Both the position numbers and the translations under genes were made by a program. Below are positions 26,220-35,722 of a DNA stretch of 64,000 nucleotides, piece by piece; the stretch's first letter is position 1; every line of letters begins with the position of its first letter. The notes beneath the pieces were generated by a model. It was not told the DNA's origin. It searched no databases and was given only the letters and a program-made list of their open reading frames with translations. The DNA comes from an uncultured Gemmatimonadaceae bacterium (GTDB taxonomy: Bacteria; Gemmatimonadota; Gemmatimonadetes; Gemmatimonadales; GWC2-71-9): contig CAZRCT010000002.1 in the NCBI GenBank assembly GCA_964598655.1, positions 67,146 through 131,145 of the forward strand, given 5' to 3'.

Positions 26220-26847
26220 GCTGACCAACTGGCTGCCGGCGGGATGCCTGGCGCTCGGCTGCGTGTTCACCCTGGCGGTGGACCGGCAGGTGAAGGCGGA
26301 GCTGCGCGCGCCGCTCGACTCGATCCCGGTGGTCCTGGCCGGCCGCGCGGGCGAGGATCGCGTCATTCCCGATGACCAGCGGCTCGCGGCCGGCATGTCG
26401 CACTACATCAACCGGGTCTTTCCCGGGGACACCGCGCCGTTCGAGATCTACGTCGGCTACTACGACCAGCAGACGCAGGGCAAGACCATCCACTCGCCCA
26501 AGAACTGCCTGCCCGGCTCGGGGTGGGAAGCGCTGCAGCAGCAGACCACGACGGTGCCCACCGCCGCCGGCCCGGTGGTGGTGAACCGCTACCTGCTGCA
26601 GAACAAGGAGGCGCGCGCGCTGGTCTTCTACTGGTACCAGGGGCGCGGCCGGGTGGAGTCGAACGAGTACCGCGTGAAGTGGGAGCTCCTGCGCGACTCG
26701 GCGCTGCGGGGCCGCAGCGAGGAGTCGCTTGTGCGCATCGTGGTGCACCTCAATCCGGCCACCTCCGAGGAACGCGCCGCCGAGGTGGCCACCCAGGTGG
26801 CGCAGGCCCTGGTGCCGGCCGTCGCCGAGGCGATGCCGGCCTGGTAG
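26209..26847 (+). CDS. EpsI-family exosortase-associated protein
   Basis: N-terminal TM segment, the IHSPKNCLPGSGWE motif characteristic of EpsI, and an overlap with the exosortase gene. Confidence 0.75.
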   Translation: MPRELTNWLPAGCLALGCVFTLAVDRQVKAELRAPLDSIPVVLAGRAGEDRVIPDDQRLAAGMSHYINRVFPGDTAPFEIYVGYYDQQTQGKTIHSPKNCLPGSGWEALQQQTTTVPTAAGPVVVNRYLLQNKEARALVFYWYQGRGRVESNEYRVKWELLRDSALRGRSEESLVRIVVHLNPATSEERAAEVATQVAQALVPAVAEAMPAW

Positions 26848-26961
26848 GGCGGCGCCCGGCGCCCCCAGGTCCCGTCCAGCATCCCGCCGCGTGCCCGCGG
26901 CGGTTGCCATCCCTTCACCGAGGTTGCCCATGCGTCGCCACGACACCGGTCGCGCGCCGGC

Positions 26962-28815
26962 ATGCCGGGCTCCCACCGCCGCCCCACTGGGGCCGGGGGC
27001 GGCATGAGCGCGCCGGGACGCCTCGATCCCTGGGCCGAGCTGCGGCTCGCGGCATGCGCCGGCCTCGTGGCCGGCTACCTCGACGTGCTGGCCACGGCGT
27101 GGCGCCGCCTGTTCGTGGAGCCAATCGTCTTCGTGGGCCGCCACCAGGTGTGGACGGCGCCGGTTGCCGACCTGGTGCTCTTCCTGACCGTGGGCGCCGG
27201 GCTGGTGCTGCTGCTGGCGCTGGTCCGCCTCCCCGCGCTGCGAGGCCTGCCGGTGGTGGTGTACACGGCGCTCGCCGTGCTCGGGGCGCTCTACTCCTTC
27301 CCCTCGATCCACCGCGTGGCGGCCCTCCTCCTGGCGCTCGGCGTGGGGGTGCAGGTGGCGCGCTGGGCCGGCCCACGCCGCGCCGGCGTGGACCATGGCA
27401 CCCGGCGACTGCTGCCGTGGCTCGCGGGAGCCACGGCGCTGGTGGCCGCCGGGATGATCGGCTGGCAATCGCTGGCGGAGCGACGGGCCCTGGCGCGCCT
27501 GCCGGCGGCGGGGCGGACGCCGAACGTGCTGCTCATCGTGCTCGACACGGTGCGGGCGATGAACCTGAGCCTCTACGGCTACGGCCGTCCCACCACGCCC
27601 GAATTGGACCGCCGCGCGCCACAGGCCGTGCGCTTCACGCGCGCCATCGCGCCCGGCCCGTGGACGCTGCCCTCCCACGCGGGGATCTTCACCGGGCGTC
27701 CGGTCCCCGAACTCTCCGCCGACTGGATGGTGCCGCTCGACGCCGCGCACCCCGTGCTGGCCGAGGTGCTGGGCCGCGCGGGGTACCGGAGCGCCGGCTT
27801 CGTGGGGAACACCGACTACTGCAGCGAGGAAGTGGGCCTGGCCCGCGGCTTCACGCACTACGAGGACTACGTGCTGACGCCGGGGCAGGTCGCGCGGAGC
27901 GCGGCGCTGTGGCGGATGATCGCGCGGGTGCGCCTGCTGCGGACGCTCGTGGGGTCCCAGGACAATCTGGGGCGCCGCACGGCGCCGGTGCTCATCGACC
28001 GCTTCCTCGGCTGGCTGGGCCGGGATCCCGGCCGGCCGTGGTTTGCCTTCCTCAACCTGTACGACGCCCACCGGCCCTACCTCCCCCCGGCGCCCTTCGA
28101 CACGCTGTTCCAGACGCCCGGCGTGCCCAAGGTGCCGCGCATCGGGCGGGAACAGCCGGGGGAGCCGCGCGACCCGCGGCGGGCCCGCGGCGCCGAGGAC
28201 GCGTACGACAGCGCCATCGCGGCGCTCGACGCGGCGCTGGGCGGGCTCTTCCGCGAGCTCGAGGCGCGGGGGGCGCTGGCCAACACCATCGTGGTCGTCA
28301 CGGCCGACCACGGCGAGGAGTTCCTGGAGCACGGCGTCTGGGACCACGGCAACACGCTCTACCTCACGGCGGTCCACGTCCCGCTCCTCATCTTCACCCC
28401 CGACGGCGACGGCGCCGGCACCACCGTGACGGCGCCGGTGGCGCTCACCGACCTGCCGGCCACCATCATGGAGCTGGCGGGCCTCCCCGGCGGCGCCTTC
28501 CCCGGCCGCTCGCTGCGGCGCCACTGGGCGTCGACCGCGGCGGTGGCGCCCGACACCATCCTCTCCGCAGTGCGCCAGGTGCCGCGCCAGGCCATCCAGT
28601 ACCCGGTGAGCCAGGGCAACATGGCGAGCCTCATGACCGGCGACCTCCGCTACATCCGCAACCTCGGCAGCGAGCGCGAGGAGCTCTACGCCGTGACCGC
28701 GGACCCGCTGGAGCAGCACGACCTGGGCGGCACGCCCGCAGGCCTGGCCGCGCGCGACAGCCTGCGCGCCCGCACCCTGCACCTCTTCCCGCCCGCCGCC
28801 ACCCCGGCCGACTGA
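26962..28815 (+). CDS. Membrane-anchored alkaline-phosphatase-superfamily ('sulfatase-fold') protein, paralog A; lacks the fGly motif
   Basis: 4-5 N-terminal TM segments, then NVLLIVLDTVR...APGPWTLPSHAGIFTGR...GFVGNTDY...TADHGEEFLEHG. An alternative ATG lies at 27004. Confidence 0.8.
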   Translation: MPGSHRRPTGAGGGMSAPGRLDPWAELRLAACAGLVAGYLDVLATAWRRLFVEPIVFVGRHQVWTAPVADLVLFLTVGAGLVLLLALVRLPALRGLPVVVYTALAVLGALYSFPSIHRVAALLLALGVGVQVARWAGPRRAGVDHGTRRLLPWLAGATALVAAGMIGWQSLAERRALARLPAAGRTPNVLLIVLDTVRAMNLSLYGYGRPTTPELDRRAPQAVRFTRAIAPGPWTLPSHAGIFTGRPVPELSADWMVPLDAAHPVLAEVLGRAGYRSAGFVGNTDYCSEEVGLARGFTHYEDYVLTPGQVARSAALWRMIARVRLLRTLVGSQDNLGRRTAPVLIDRFLGWLGRDPGRPWFAFLNLYDAHRPYLPPAPFDTLFQTPGVPKVPRIGREQPGEPRDPRRARGAEDAYDSAIAALDAALGGLFRELEARGALANTIVVVTADHGEEFLEHGVWDHGNTLYLTAVHVPLLIFTPDGDGAGTTVTAPVALTDLPATIMELAGLPGGAFPGRSLRRHWASTAAVAPDTILSAVRQVPRQAIQYPVSQGNMASLMTGDLRYIRNLGSEREELYAVTADPLEQHDLGGTPAGLAARDSLRARTLHLFPPAATPAD

Positions 28816-28833
28816 GCGGCACCCCCCGGCACG

Positions 28834-28870
28834 CCACCGCCCCCGGGAGCGCGGCTCCCGGGGGCGGTGG
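28834..28870. terminator. Bidirectional stem-loop between convergent genes
   Basis: Perfect 17-bp stem: ccaccgcccccgggagc (28834-28850), loop gcg, gctcccgggggcggtgg (28854-28870). Confidence 0.6.
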
Positions 28871-28887
28871 GCCTTGGCACACGCCGC

Positions 28888-30060
28888 TCAGACGGGCCGG
28901 CGCGTCGGCTCCCAGATGGGGTTGAGCTCCCCCCGCAGCGCCTTGGTCCAGGCGATGAACCCCGCGAGGTGCGAGGCCAGCGCAAATCCGCAGAGCGCGG
29001 TGAGCCGCGGCAGCGGCCGGCCCTCGGGCGCCCGCATGGCCACGATGCCGAGCGCAAAGCCGAGCAGCGTGCAGGCCAGCGCGACCGCCGCGAGCCACGA
29101 GGAGAGCGCCAGGAGGGCCAGGCCCACCACCGCCGCCGGCCACACCAGGAACACCAGCCAGCGCACCAGCTTGTGGCTCCACAGCATGAAGGCGAAGCGC
29201 CCGTAGCGGAACGGGTTGAGCAGGTGGCGCTTGAACCAGAGCGTCTCGAGGCCGCGGGCCATGGTGCGGATCTTCCGCTTGTACTCCCGCTGCAGCGACG
29301 CGGTCCGGGGCACCAGGCAGACGGCCTCGTCCACCGACACGGCGCGCAGCCCATGCTCCTGCGCCGTGAGCGCCGAGGCGAAGTCGCGCGAGAGGGCGGC
29401 GGGGACCAGCACCTCGTGCAGCTCGCGGCGGATGGCGTAGAAGCAGCCGCTCGCGCCCACGATGGAGCCGACGATGGTCTCGAGCGAGCGCACCCACATC
29501 TCGTAGCCCACGTAGCCCGACTCGCCCTGGTTGCCCTCCACGGTGATGTCGCCCACGCTCACGTCCCGGCCGGAGGCGACGCCGATGCCGGGGTCCTGGA
29601 ACACCCGCATGAGGGGCTTGAGCGAGCCGGGGAGGATGCGGATGGTGGCGTCGGTGTTGACGATGATCTCGCCGTCGAGGCGCGCCAGCGCCGCGTTCTC
29701 CGCCGCCGTCTTCCCCCCGCGGACCGGCAGGCGCAGCAGCTCCACGCCGCGCTCGGCGTACTCGCCCACGATGGCGTCGGTCTCGTCCTCGGAGGCGTCG
29801 GAGACGATGAGGATCTGGCGCCGGTCCGCCGGGTAGTCGAGGGCCAGCAGCGACTCGATGGTGCGACGGATGGCGCGGGCCTCGTTGTAGGCCGGCACCA
29901 CGATGCTCACCCGCGGCCAGACGGCAGGATCGCCGAGCGGCGGGCGCGGGGGGCGCAGGCTCCCCCACAGGCGCAGGATCGCCGGGTAGAGGAAATACGC
30001 GTACGTGCCGAGCAGGCCCGGCAGCAGGAACAGGAACAGCTCGAGATCCGTGGCGATCAT
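28888..30060 (-). CDS. Membrane-embedded family-2 glycosyltransferase (synthase-like topology)
   Basis: N-terminal TM segment, then VSIVVPAYNEA...ILIVSDASEDETD...IVNTDAT, and a C-terminal bundle of 3-4 TM helices. I did not see a clear QxxRW motif. Confidence 0.8.
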   Translation of the reverse strand: MIATDLELFLFLLPGLLGTYAYFLYPAILRLWGSLRPPRPPLGDPAVWPRVSIVVPAYNEARAIRRTIESLLALDYPADRRQILIVSDASEDETDAIVGEYAERGVELLRLPVRGGKTAAENAALARLDGEIIVNTDATIRILPGSLKPLMRVFQDPGIGVASGRDVSVGDITVEGNQGESGYVGYEMWVRSLETIVGSIVGASGCFYAIRRELHEVLVPAALSRDFASALTAQEHGLRAVSVDEAVCLVPRTASLQREYKRKIRTMARGLETLWFKRHLLNPFRYGRFAFMLWSHKLVRWLVFLVWPAAVVGLALLALSSWLAAVALACTLLGFALGIVAMRAPEGRPLPRLTALCGFALASHLAGFIAWTKALRGELNPIWEPTRRPV

Positions 30061-31217
30061 CAGGGCGTCCGTCCCCGGCGGCCGGGGAGCGAGGTGTAGA
30101 GCGAACGATGCCGCTCGAGCCAGGGCCCGAGCGCGTATTCCGAGGCCAGCCGCGTGTGCGCGCGCGCGACGCGCGCGGCCGCGGCCGGCGGATCATCGAG
30201 GCACCGCCCGAGGGCCATGGCCAGCGCGGCGGGGTCCTCCGGCGGCACCAGCAGCGCCTCGGCGTCGTGGGCCACCACCTGCGGCACCCCGCCGACCTCG
30301 GTGGCCACGATCGGCACGCCGGCCGCCATGGCCTCGAACAGCGCGATCGGGGTGCCCTCGGTGCGGGAACTCAGCACGAACGCATCGAACGCCCCCACGA
30401 AGCGCCCCGCCCCGGCCACCAGCCCGAGCCACCGCACCCGATCGGCGATGCCGAGGCGCGCCGCCTCCGCCTCGAGGGCGGCGCGCTCACGGCCCTCCCC
30501 CACCAGCACGGCGTGCACGTTGGCCCGCGCGAGTCGCGCCACCGCCGCGAGGAAGACGTCCGCCCCCTTCTCCGGCGAGAGCCGCCCGACCCACCCGAGC
30601 AGCGTGGCCCCCGCCGGGAGGCCGAGCGCGGCGCGCGCCTCGGCCGGCGGGAGCGGCGCGGCGTGCGGCGCCCAGGCATTGGGGATGAGGGCGACCTGCT
30701 CCCGGGCAAAGCCCAGCGTGGCGAGCCGTTCCACGATCGGGGCGGAGACCGCCACCACCGCATCGTAGCGCCGCAGGGCCCGGAGTTGCAGGCGTTCGTA
30801 GAGGCGGTTCTTCCAGTCGCCGCCGGTGAAGCCGTGGAGCGTGCTCACCCGCACGGCGCCCCGGCGCCGCGCCACGCTCCCCGCCATCAGGTCCGCCCGG
30901 TAGCCGTGCGTGTGCACCACCTCCGGCCGGAAGCGCTCCATGACGGCGTCCACGGCCCGGCGCTCGGCCAGATACGCCCGAGGCGGCAACTCCAGCGGGA
31001 AGAGCTCGACGCCGAGCCCTTCGAGTTCCCGGAAGGCCGGCGCCAGCACCGCCCCGCGATCCAGCGTGAGCGCGAGCCCCACCCGTCCCCCCAACTCCAC
31101 CCAGCCCCGCGCCAGCAGCTGCACCACGCTCTCGAGCCCGCCAGCAGGCCCGGGGGCCAGGGCATGGAGGACGCTCGGAAGGGGAGGCCGGGGGGCCTGG
31201 GGGGTCGGCATAGGCAT
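30060..31217 (-). CDS. Family-4 (GT-B, 'group 1') glycosyltransferase
   Basis: N-terminal Glyco_trans_4-like region and the C-terminal SSRTEGTPIALFEAMAAGVPIVATEVGGVPQVV (E-x7-E). It overlaps the downstream GT2 start by 1 nt. Confidence 0.85.
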   Translation of the reverse strand: MPMPTPQAPRPPLPSVLHALAPGPAGGLESVVQLLARGWVELGGRVGLALTLDRGAVLAPAFRELEGLGVELFPLELPPRAYLAERRAVDAVMERFRPEVVHTHGYRADLMAGSVARRRGAVRVSTLHGFTGGDWKNRLYERLQLRALRRYDAVVAVSAPIVERLATLGFAREQVALIPNAWAPHAAPLPPAEARAALGLPAGATLLGWVGRLSPEKGADVFLAAVARLARANVHAVLVGEGRERAALEAEAARLGIADRVRWLGLVAGAGRFVGAFDAFVLSSRTEGTPIALFEAMAAGVPIVATEVGGVPQVVAHDAEALLVPPEDPAALAMALGRCLDDPPAAAARVARAHTRLASEYALGPWLERHRSLYTSLPGRRGRTP

Positions 31218-31501
31218 CTTGGTCGATCAACTGCGGCAAGCAAGACCCATACTTGTTTGGCCCGAGCAACGGAACGCGGCCGGGGCGGCAGGGAAGCTAC
31301 AAGACTGTTGCGTCACCGCAACGGAACCGGCCTCCCCTTCGCCCGGAGAATCCGCCTCGCCAGATTGTGGGGAGTCCCGCAGGGCATCCTCCGCCACCTC
31401 GAGGTAAAGATGTCGCTCCGCCGCCCGCCCGGCGTACCGGGCAGAGGCACGCCGGTCTGCCCGGCGTTTTGCCGTACGCCAGAGGCCGGGGAGGGCACCC
31501 G

Positions 31502-33328
31502 ATGACGGCGGCGCCTCCCACCCGGGTCGGAATGCCCGGAGTCCTGCGGCTCGCGGCCGGGTTCGGCCTGGTCGGCGGGCTGCTGGAATCGCTGGCCAAC
31601 GTGGTGCGGTGGGAGTTCGAGTCGGTCCCACTCCGGCTCGGGCTGTACCTGACGTGGATGCCGGCGGCGGCCAACCTGCTGTTCTTCCTGGCGGTCGGAC
31701 TCCTGGTGGCCGGCCTGCACGCCGCCTGGCCCCGGGTGGTGACCCCGGCCCGGATGCTCGGCCTGTTCGGCACGCTGGCCGGGATGGCCGCCCTGCGGGA
31801 ATTTGACGGCCACCTCGGCGTCATCACGGTGGACCTCCTGGCTCTAGGTCTCGGGGTGCAGGCGGCGCAGCGCCTCGGCGGTCGCTGGCCCGCCGTCGAC
31901 CGGTTCCTGAGGACGGCGGTGCCGGCGCTGCTCGGCGTGCTCGCGCTCACGGCGGTGGGCATCGAGGTGCGCTATCGTGTGGGTGAGCGCCGCGCCCTCG
32001 CCGGGCTGCCGCCCGCCGCGGCCGGCGCCCCGAACGTCCTGCTGCTGATCCTCGACACGGTCCGGGCCCAGAGCCTCAGTGCCTACGGCTACCGCGTGCC
32101 GACGACCCCGGTGCTCGCGGGGCTCGCCGCCGAGGGGGTGCGGTTTGCGCGGGCGTACGCCCCGGCGCCGTGGACGCTGGCGTCGCATGCGTCGATCATG
32201 ACGGGGCGGTGGCCGCACCAGCTGTCGGCGGACTGGGAAGTGCCGCTGGATGCGGCGGACTCGACGCTCGCGGAAGCGCTGGCGGCCCGCGGCTACCGCA
32301 CCGGCGCCATGGTGGCCAACCTGAGCTACACGGGGCGCTGGACCGGCCTCGACCGGGGCTTCCAGCACTATGCCGGGCACCCCCTGAGCCTCGCCCAGGT
32401 GCTCCGCACCTCGGCGTTCACCAGCAAGCTGTACGATCTGGCGCCGCTCGCGCGCTGGCTGCCGCCGGCGCGGCTCGACTACCGGCGCAAGACCGCGCGG
32501 GAGGTGAACGCGGAGCTGCTGGCGTGGCTGGACCGCGGGGGAGACCGGCCGTTCTTCGCGTTCCTGAACTATCTGGACGCGCACCGCGAGTACCTGCCGC
32601 TGCCGCCGTTCGACACGGCGTTCGCGGCGATCGAGTACCCCCCGCTCCCCCCGGCCGCGCACGGCGGGCTGTACAAGGACGACCGCCCCCGCCCGATGCG
32701 CCCCTACGACCAGGCCATCGCGTCGATCGACCACGAGATCGGCCGGCTGCTTGCGGACCTCGAGGCGCGCGGGCTGCTCCGCAATACGCTCGTGATCGTG
32801 ACGTCGGACCACGGCGAGGAGTTCGGCGAGCACGGCTTCTACGGGCACGGGCACACGCTCTACCTGCCCGCGGTGGCGGTCCCGCTGGTGCTGGCCTGGC
32901 CGGGCCGGGTGCCCGCCGACACGGTGGTCGAGGCCCGCGCCACCCTGCGGGACCTCGCGGCCACGGTGCTCGACCTCGCGGCACCGGCCGGGAACCGGCC
33001 ATTGCCCGGCCGCTCGCTGGCGCGCTTCTGGCAGCCGGGGACTCCGTCAGCCTCACTGTCGGATTCCGACACCCTGCTCCTCGGGGTCCGCTGGGCCCGC
33101 AACCGCCCGGAATGGGATGCCACCAGCCGGGGTGACGTCCAGGGCGTGGTGACCCAGGCGCTGTCGCTGGTGCGCGACGTGGACCAGCACGTGGAGCTGT
33201 ACGACCTCGCGGCGGACTCGGCGCAGCAGCGGAACCTCGCGCCCGACTCCGCGTGGGCCCCGGCGACGGCGGCCCTGCAGTCTCATCTCGATCGTGAGGC
33301 GGGCCCGCCGCGGCGGGGCCCGCGGTGA
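31502..33328 (+). CDS. Membrane-anchored alkaline-phosphatase-superfamily ('sulfatase-fold') protein, paralog B
   Basis: The start is trimmed to the ATG at 31502 (MTAAPPTRV...). TM module, then NVLLLILDTVR...APAPWTLASHASIMTGR...AMVANLSY...TSDHGEEFGEHG. Confidence 0.8.
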   Translation: MTAAPPTRVGMPGVLRLAAGFGLVGGLLESLANVVRWEFESVPLRLGLYLTWMPAAANLLFFLAVGLLVAGLHAAWPRVVTPARMLGLFGTLAGMAALREFDGHLGVITVDLLALGLGVQAAQRLGGRWPAVDRFLRTAVPALLGVLALTAVGIEVRYRVGERRALAGLPPAAAGAPNVLLLILDTVRAQSLSAYGYRVPTTPVLAGLAAEGVRFARAYAPAPWTLASHASIMTGRWPHQLSADWEVPLDAADSTLAEALAARGYRTGAMVANLSYTGRWTGLDRGFQHYAGHPLSLAQVLRTSAFTSKLYDLAPLARWLPPARLDYRRKTAREVNAELLAWLDRGGDRPFFAFLNYLDAHREYLPLPPFDTAFAAIEYPPLPPAAHGGLYKDDRPRPMRPYDQAIASIDHEIGRLLADLEARGLLRNTLVIVTSDHGEEFGEHGFYGHGHTLYLPAVAVPLVLAWPGRVPADTVVEARATLRDLAATVLDLAAPAGNRPLPGRSLARFWQPGTPSASLSDSDTLLLGVRWARNRPEWDATSRGDVQGVVTQALSLVRDVDQHVELYDLAADSAQQRNLAPDSAWAPATAALQSHLDREAGPPRRGPR

Positions 33329-35246
33329 CCTGATGCCCCACCCCGCGCCCCGCGCCCCCCTCCCCGCCCCGTCCACCGGGGCGGTGCTCTTGGTGGCCGG
33401 CACCGTGGGACTCGGGCTCGGGCTGGCTGAGTTCGGCGCGCTCTGGGTCCGGCGCCTGCTGGTCCACCGGTGGATGGGCGTGGGACCCGACGCGCTCTGG
33501 ATGGCGCCGCTGGCCTATGCCTCACTCTTCGTGGTGGTGAGCGGGCTGCTGGTCATGTTCGGCCGGTGGGTGACCTCGCGCGAACGAGCCGCGGTGCTGG
33601 CCGTCGGCAGCGTGGTGTTCCTCGGAAGCTGGGCCGGGCTGCACATCTTCCACCCGCTGCTGCACAAGGCCGCCATCCTGCTGCTCGCCCTTGGCCTCGC
33701 CCGGCTGGGGACGGAGCCGCTGCTCCGCGCGCGCCCGGGCGTGGCACGCGGGATGGCGCTCGTGCTCGCCCTTCTGGTGGGCGCCGCCGGCCTCCTAGTG
33801 TCCGCCGGCCGCCGGCTCGCGGCGCGCTACCACGCCTCCGAGGTGGCCGACCGGCCGGCGGCCGCGGCCACGGCCCCCAACGTCCTGCTGCTGGTGCTCG
33901 ACACCGTCCGCGGCGCCAACCTGAGCCTCTACGGCTACGGGCGGCCGACCACACCCGTGCTGACGCGCCTCGCCGAGCGCGGCGTGACATTCGAGCGGGC
34001 CTACAGCACCGCGCCGTGGACCCTGCCATCGCACGTGACCCTGCTGACGGGGCGGCACCCGCACGCCTTCCGCGCCGACTGGTGGCAACCCTACCAGGGC
34101 AACGTGCCCTCGGTGGCGGAGGTGCTCGCCGCGGCCGGGTACACCACCGGCGGCTTCGTGGGGAACACCATCAACTGCGCGGTGGAGACCGGGCTCGGGC
34201 GCGGCTTCGACGTGTACCGCGACCACGCCGTGACGCTCGGGGAGGCGGTCGAGGCCACCTCGCTCGGGCGCCTGCTGTCCGGCAACCGCATCGTGCGTCG
34301 CTGGCTGGCCACCGAGGAGCTGCCCGCCCGTCGCCACGCCGCCGACGTGAATCGGGAGGTGCTCACCTGGGTCCGGGCGCAGGGCGAGCGGCCCTGGTTT
34401 GCGTTCGTGAACTACTTCGACGCGCACCAGCCCTACGTGCCCCCGCCCGACCTGGCGAATGCGTTCGGGCCGGCCCCCGCCGCGCCGCCGCTCGCCGAGC
34501 GGGTCTGGAACGGCGGGCGCCCATGGGCGAGAACCCCCGCGTTCAACGACGACACCGCGCGCATGATCGCGGCCTACGACGCCAGCATCGCCGGGCTCGA
34601 CCGGGCCGTCGGCGCCCTGCTCGACAGTCTCCCGCGCGGGCGCCCCACGGTGATCGTCGTGACGGCCGACCACGGCGAGGAGTTCGGCGAGCACGGCTGG
34701 TTTGAGCACGGGCTCACGCTCTATCCGCTGGCGCTGCACGTCCCGCTGGTCATCGTCGCGGAGGGCCGGGCGCCGGCCGGCCTCCGCATCCGGGAGACGG
34801 TGAGCCTGCGCGACGTCATGGCCACGGTTCTCGACCTCGCGACCGTGGAGCCCCCGGTGGCCCCCCGCGGCCGGACGCTCGCCCGGTACTGGCAGGAGGG
34901 GGCAGAGCCGGGCGTCGCGCTGGCCGAACTGAGCTGGGTGCCACGCGCCCCGCGGGGCTCGCCGGCGCAACTCGGGGACGCCCGCGCCCTGATCGTGGAC
35001 GACCACGAATTCATCCTGCGCGGCGACAGCACGGCGGAGCTCCTGGCGCTCGCCGACACGCCCGCCGGCCGCCGGGTTTGGGGCGGTGACGTCCGCCAGA
35101 CCGACTCGGCCGACTGGTACGTCCAGGCGCTGCGGCGGATCGTCCCGGACAGTCTCTGGGAGCATCCCAAGCAGACCGGCTTCACCACCGGCCTCCTGCC
35201 TCCGGCTCCACCAGTGAGTGCATCCCCGCCCGACTCCGTGCCCTGA
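33294..35246 (+). CDS. Membrane-anchored alkaline-phosphatase-superfamily ('sulfatase-fold') protein, paralog C
   Basis: TM module, then NVLLLVLDTVR...STAPWTLPSHVTLLTGR...GFVGNTIN...TADHGEEFGEHG. It overlaps the end of paralog B; an alternative ATG lies at 33333. Confidence 0.8.
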   Translation: MRRARRGGARGDLMPHPAPRAPLPAPSTGAVLLVAGTVGLGLGLAEFGALWVRRLLVHRWMGVGPDALWMAPLAYASLFVVVSGLLVMFGRWVTSRERAAVLAVGSVVFLGSWAGLHIFHPLLHKAAILLLALGLARLGTEPLLRARPGVARGMALVLALLVGAAGLLVSAGRRLAARYHASEVADRPAAAATAPNVLLLVLDTVRGANLSLYGYGRPTTPVLTRLAERGVTFERAYSTAPWTLPSHVTLLTGRHPHAFRADWWQPYQGNVPSVAEVLAAAGYTTGGFVGNTINCAVETGLGRGFDVYRDHAVTLGEAVEATSLGRLLSGNRIVRRWLATEELPARRHAADVNREVLTWVRAQGERPWFAFVNYFDAHQPYVPPPDLANAFGPAPAAPPLAERVWNGGRPWARTPAFNDDTARMIAAYDASIAGLDRAVGALLDSLPRGRPTVIVVTADHGEEFGEHGWFEHGLTLYPLALHVPLVIVAEGRAPAGLRIRETVSLRDVMATVLDLATVEPPVAPRGRTLARYWQEGAEPGVALAELSWVPRAPRGSPAQLGDARALIVDDHEFILRGDSTAELLALADTPAGRRVWGGDVRQTDSADWYVQALRRIVPDSLWEHPKQTGFTTGLLPPAPPVSASPPDSVP

Positions 35247-35530
35247 CGCAATCGGCGGGTGGCCGCTGGCCCTCGCACGGCCGACCCCGCGCGAGGGTTC
35301 AGGCGTCCCGCCGGGTCCCTCTCAAGCTCCCATACCCCCAAGCAGCCCCAGAGCGACGGCGAGGGTTCGGCGCGTCCCGGGGGGACGGTGGCGCCCGCTC
35401 ACCCGGCACCGACAATGACTCTCTAACCTGTTTCACCACATCGTGTTACAGCGACACGCCCTGGCCGCATCGGCGCCGACCGAAGGAACCCACTTCCCTG
35501 GGACTCCTGGCCCCTGGAACCGAGCGCCGC

Positions 35531-35546
35531 TGGCACGGGAATGGCA
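35531..35546 (+). promoter_or_regulatory. Candidate -24/-12 (sigma-54) promoter heading the 35.7-46.8 kb operon
   Basis: TGGCAC-GGGAA-TGGCA has one mismatch to TGGCAC-N5-TTGCA. It lies in a 476-bp intergenic region, 177 nt upstream of the ATG at 35723. Confidence 0.45.
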
Positions 35547-35722
35547 CGGGGAAGTGACGCCATTTTGGCCCCGAAGGCCCCGTCTGCCCGACCCCGGGAG
35601 GCGGCCCCCTCCCGGGATGGACTCCCCCGATCCAGGACAACCCCGGTGGGCGCCCCGCGACCACGCGACCGCCCGCCGCTTCGTGGACCAACCGTGATGA
35701 CCTCGCTCGCCCCGGCACTCGC

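Noticed and set aside
28888-30060. Calling the membrane GT2 a processive cellulose, PNAG or hyaluronan-type synthase
   Set aside because: Its topology is synthase-like, but I could not find a Q(Q/R)xRW motif or a PilZ or c-di-GMP-binding region. It is kept as a generic membrane GT2.
31459-31476. AGGCACG-CCGG-TCTGC upstream of AP-fold paralog B as a sigma-54 promoter
   Set aside because: The GG-to-GC spacing is one nucleotide too long, and sigma-54 promoters tolerate spacing changes poorly.
35542-35557. The second TGGCAC copy of the tandem repeat acting as an independent -24 element
   Set aside because: The sequence at the corresponding -12 position (AGTGA) lacks the GC dinucleotide. Only the first copy gives a valid -24/-12 pair.
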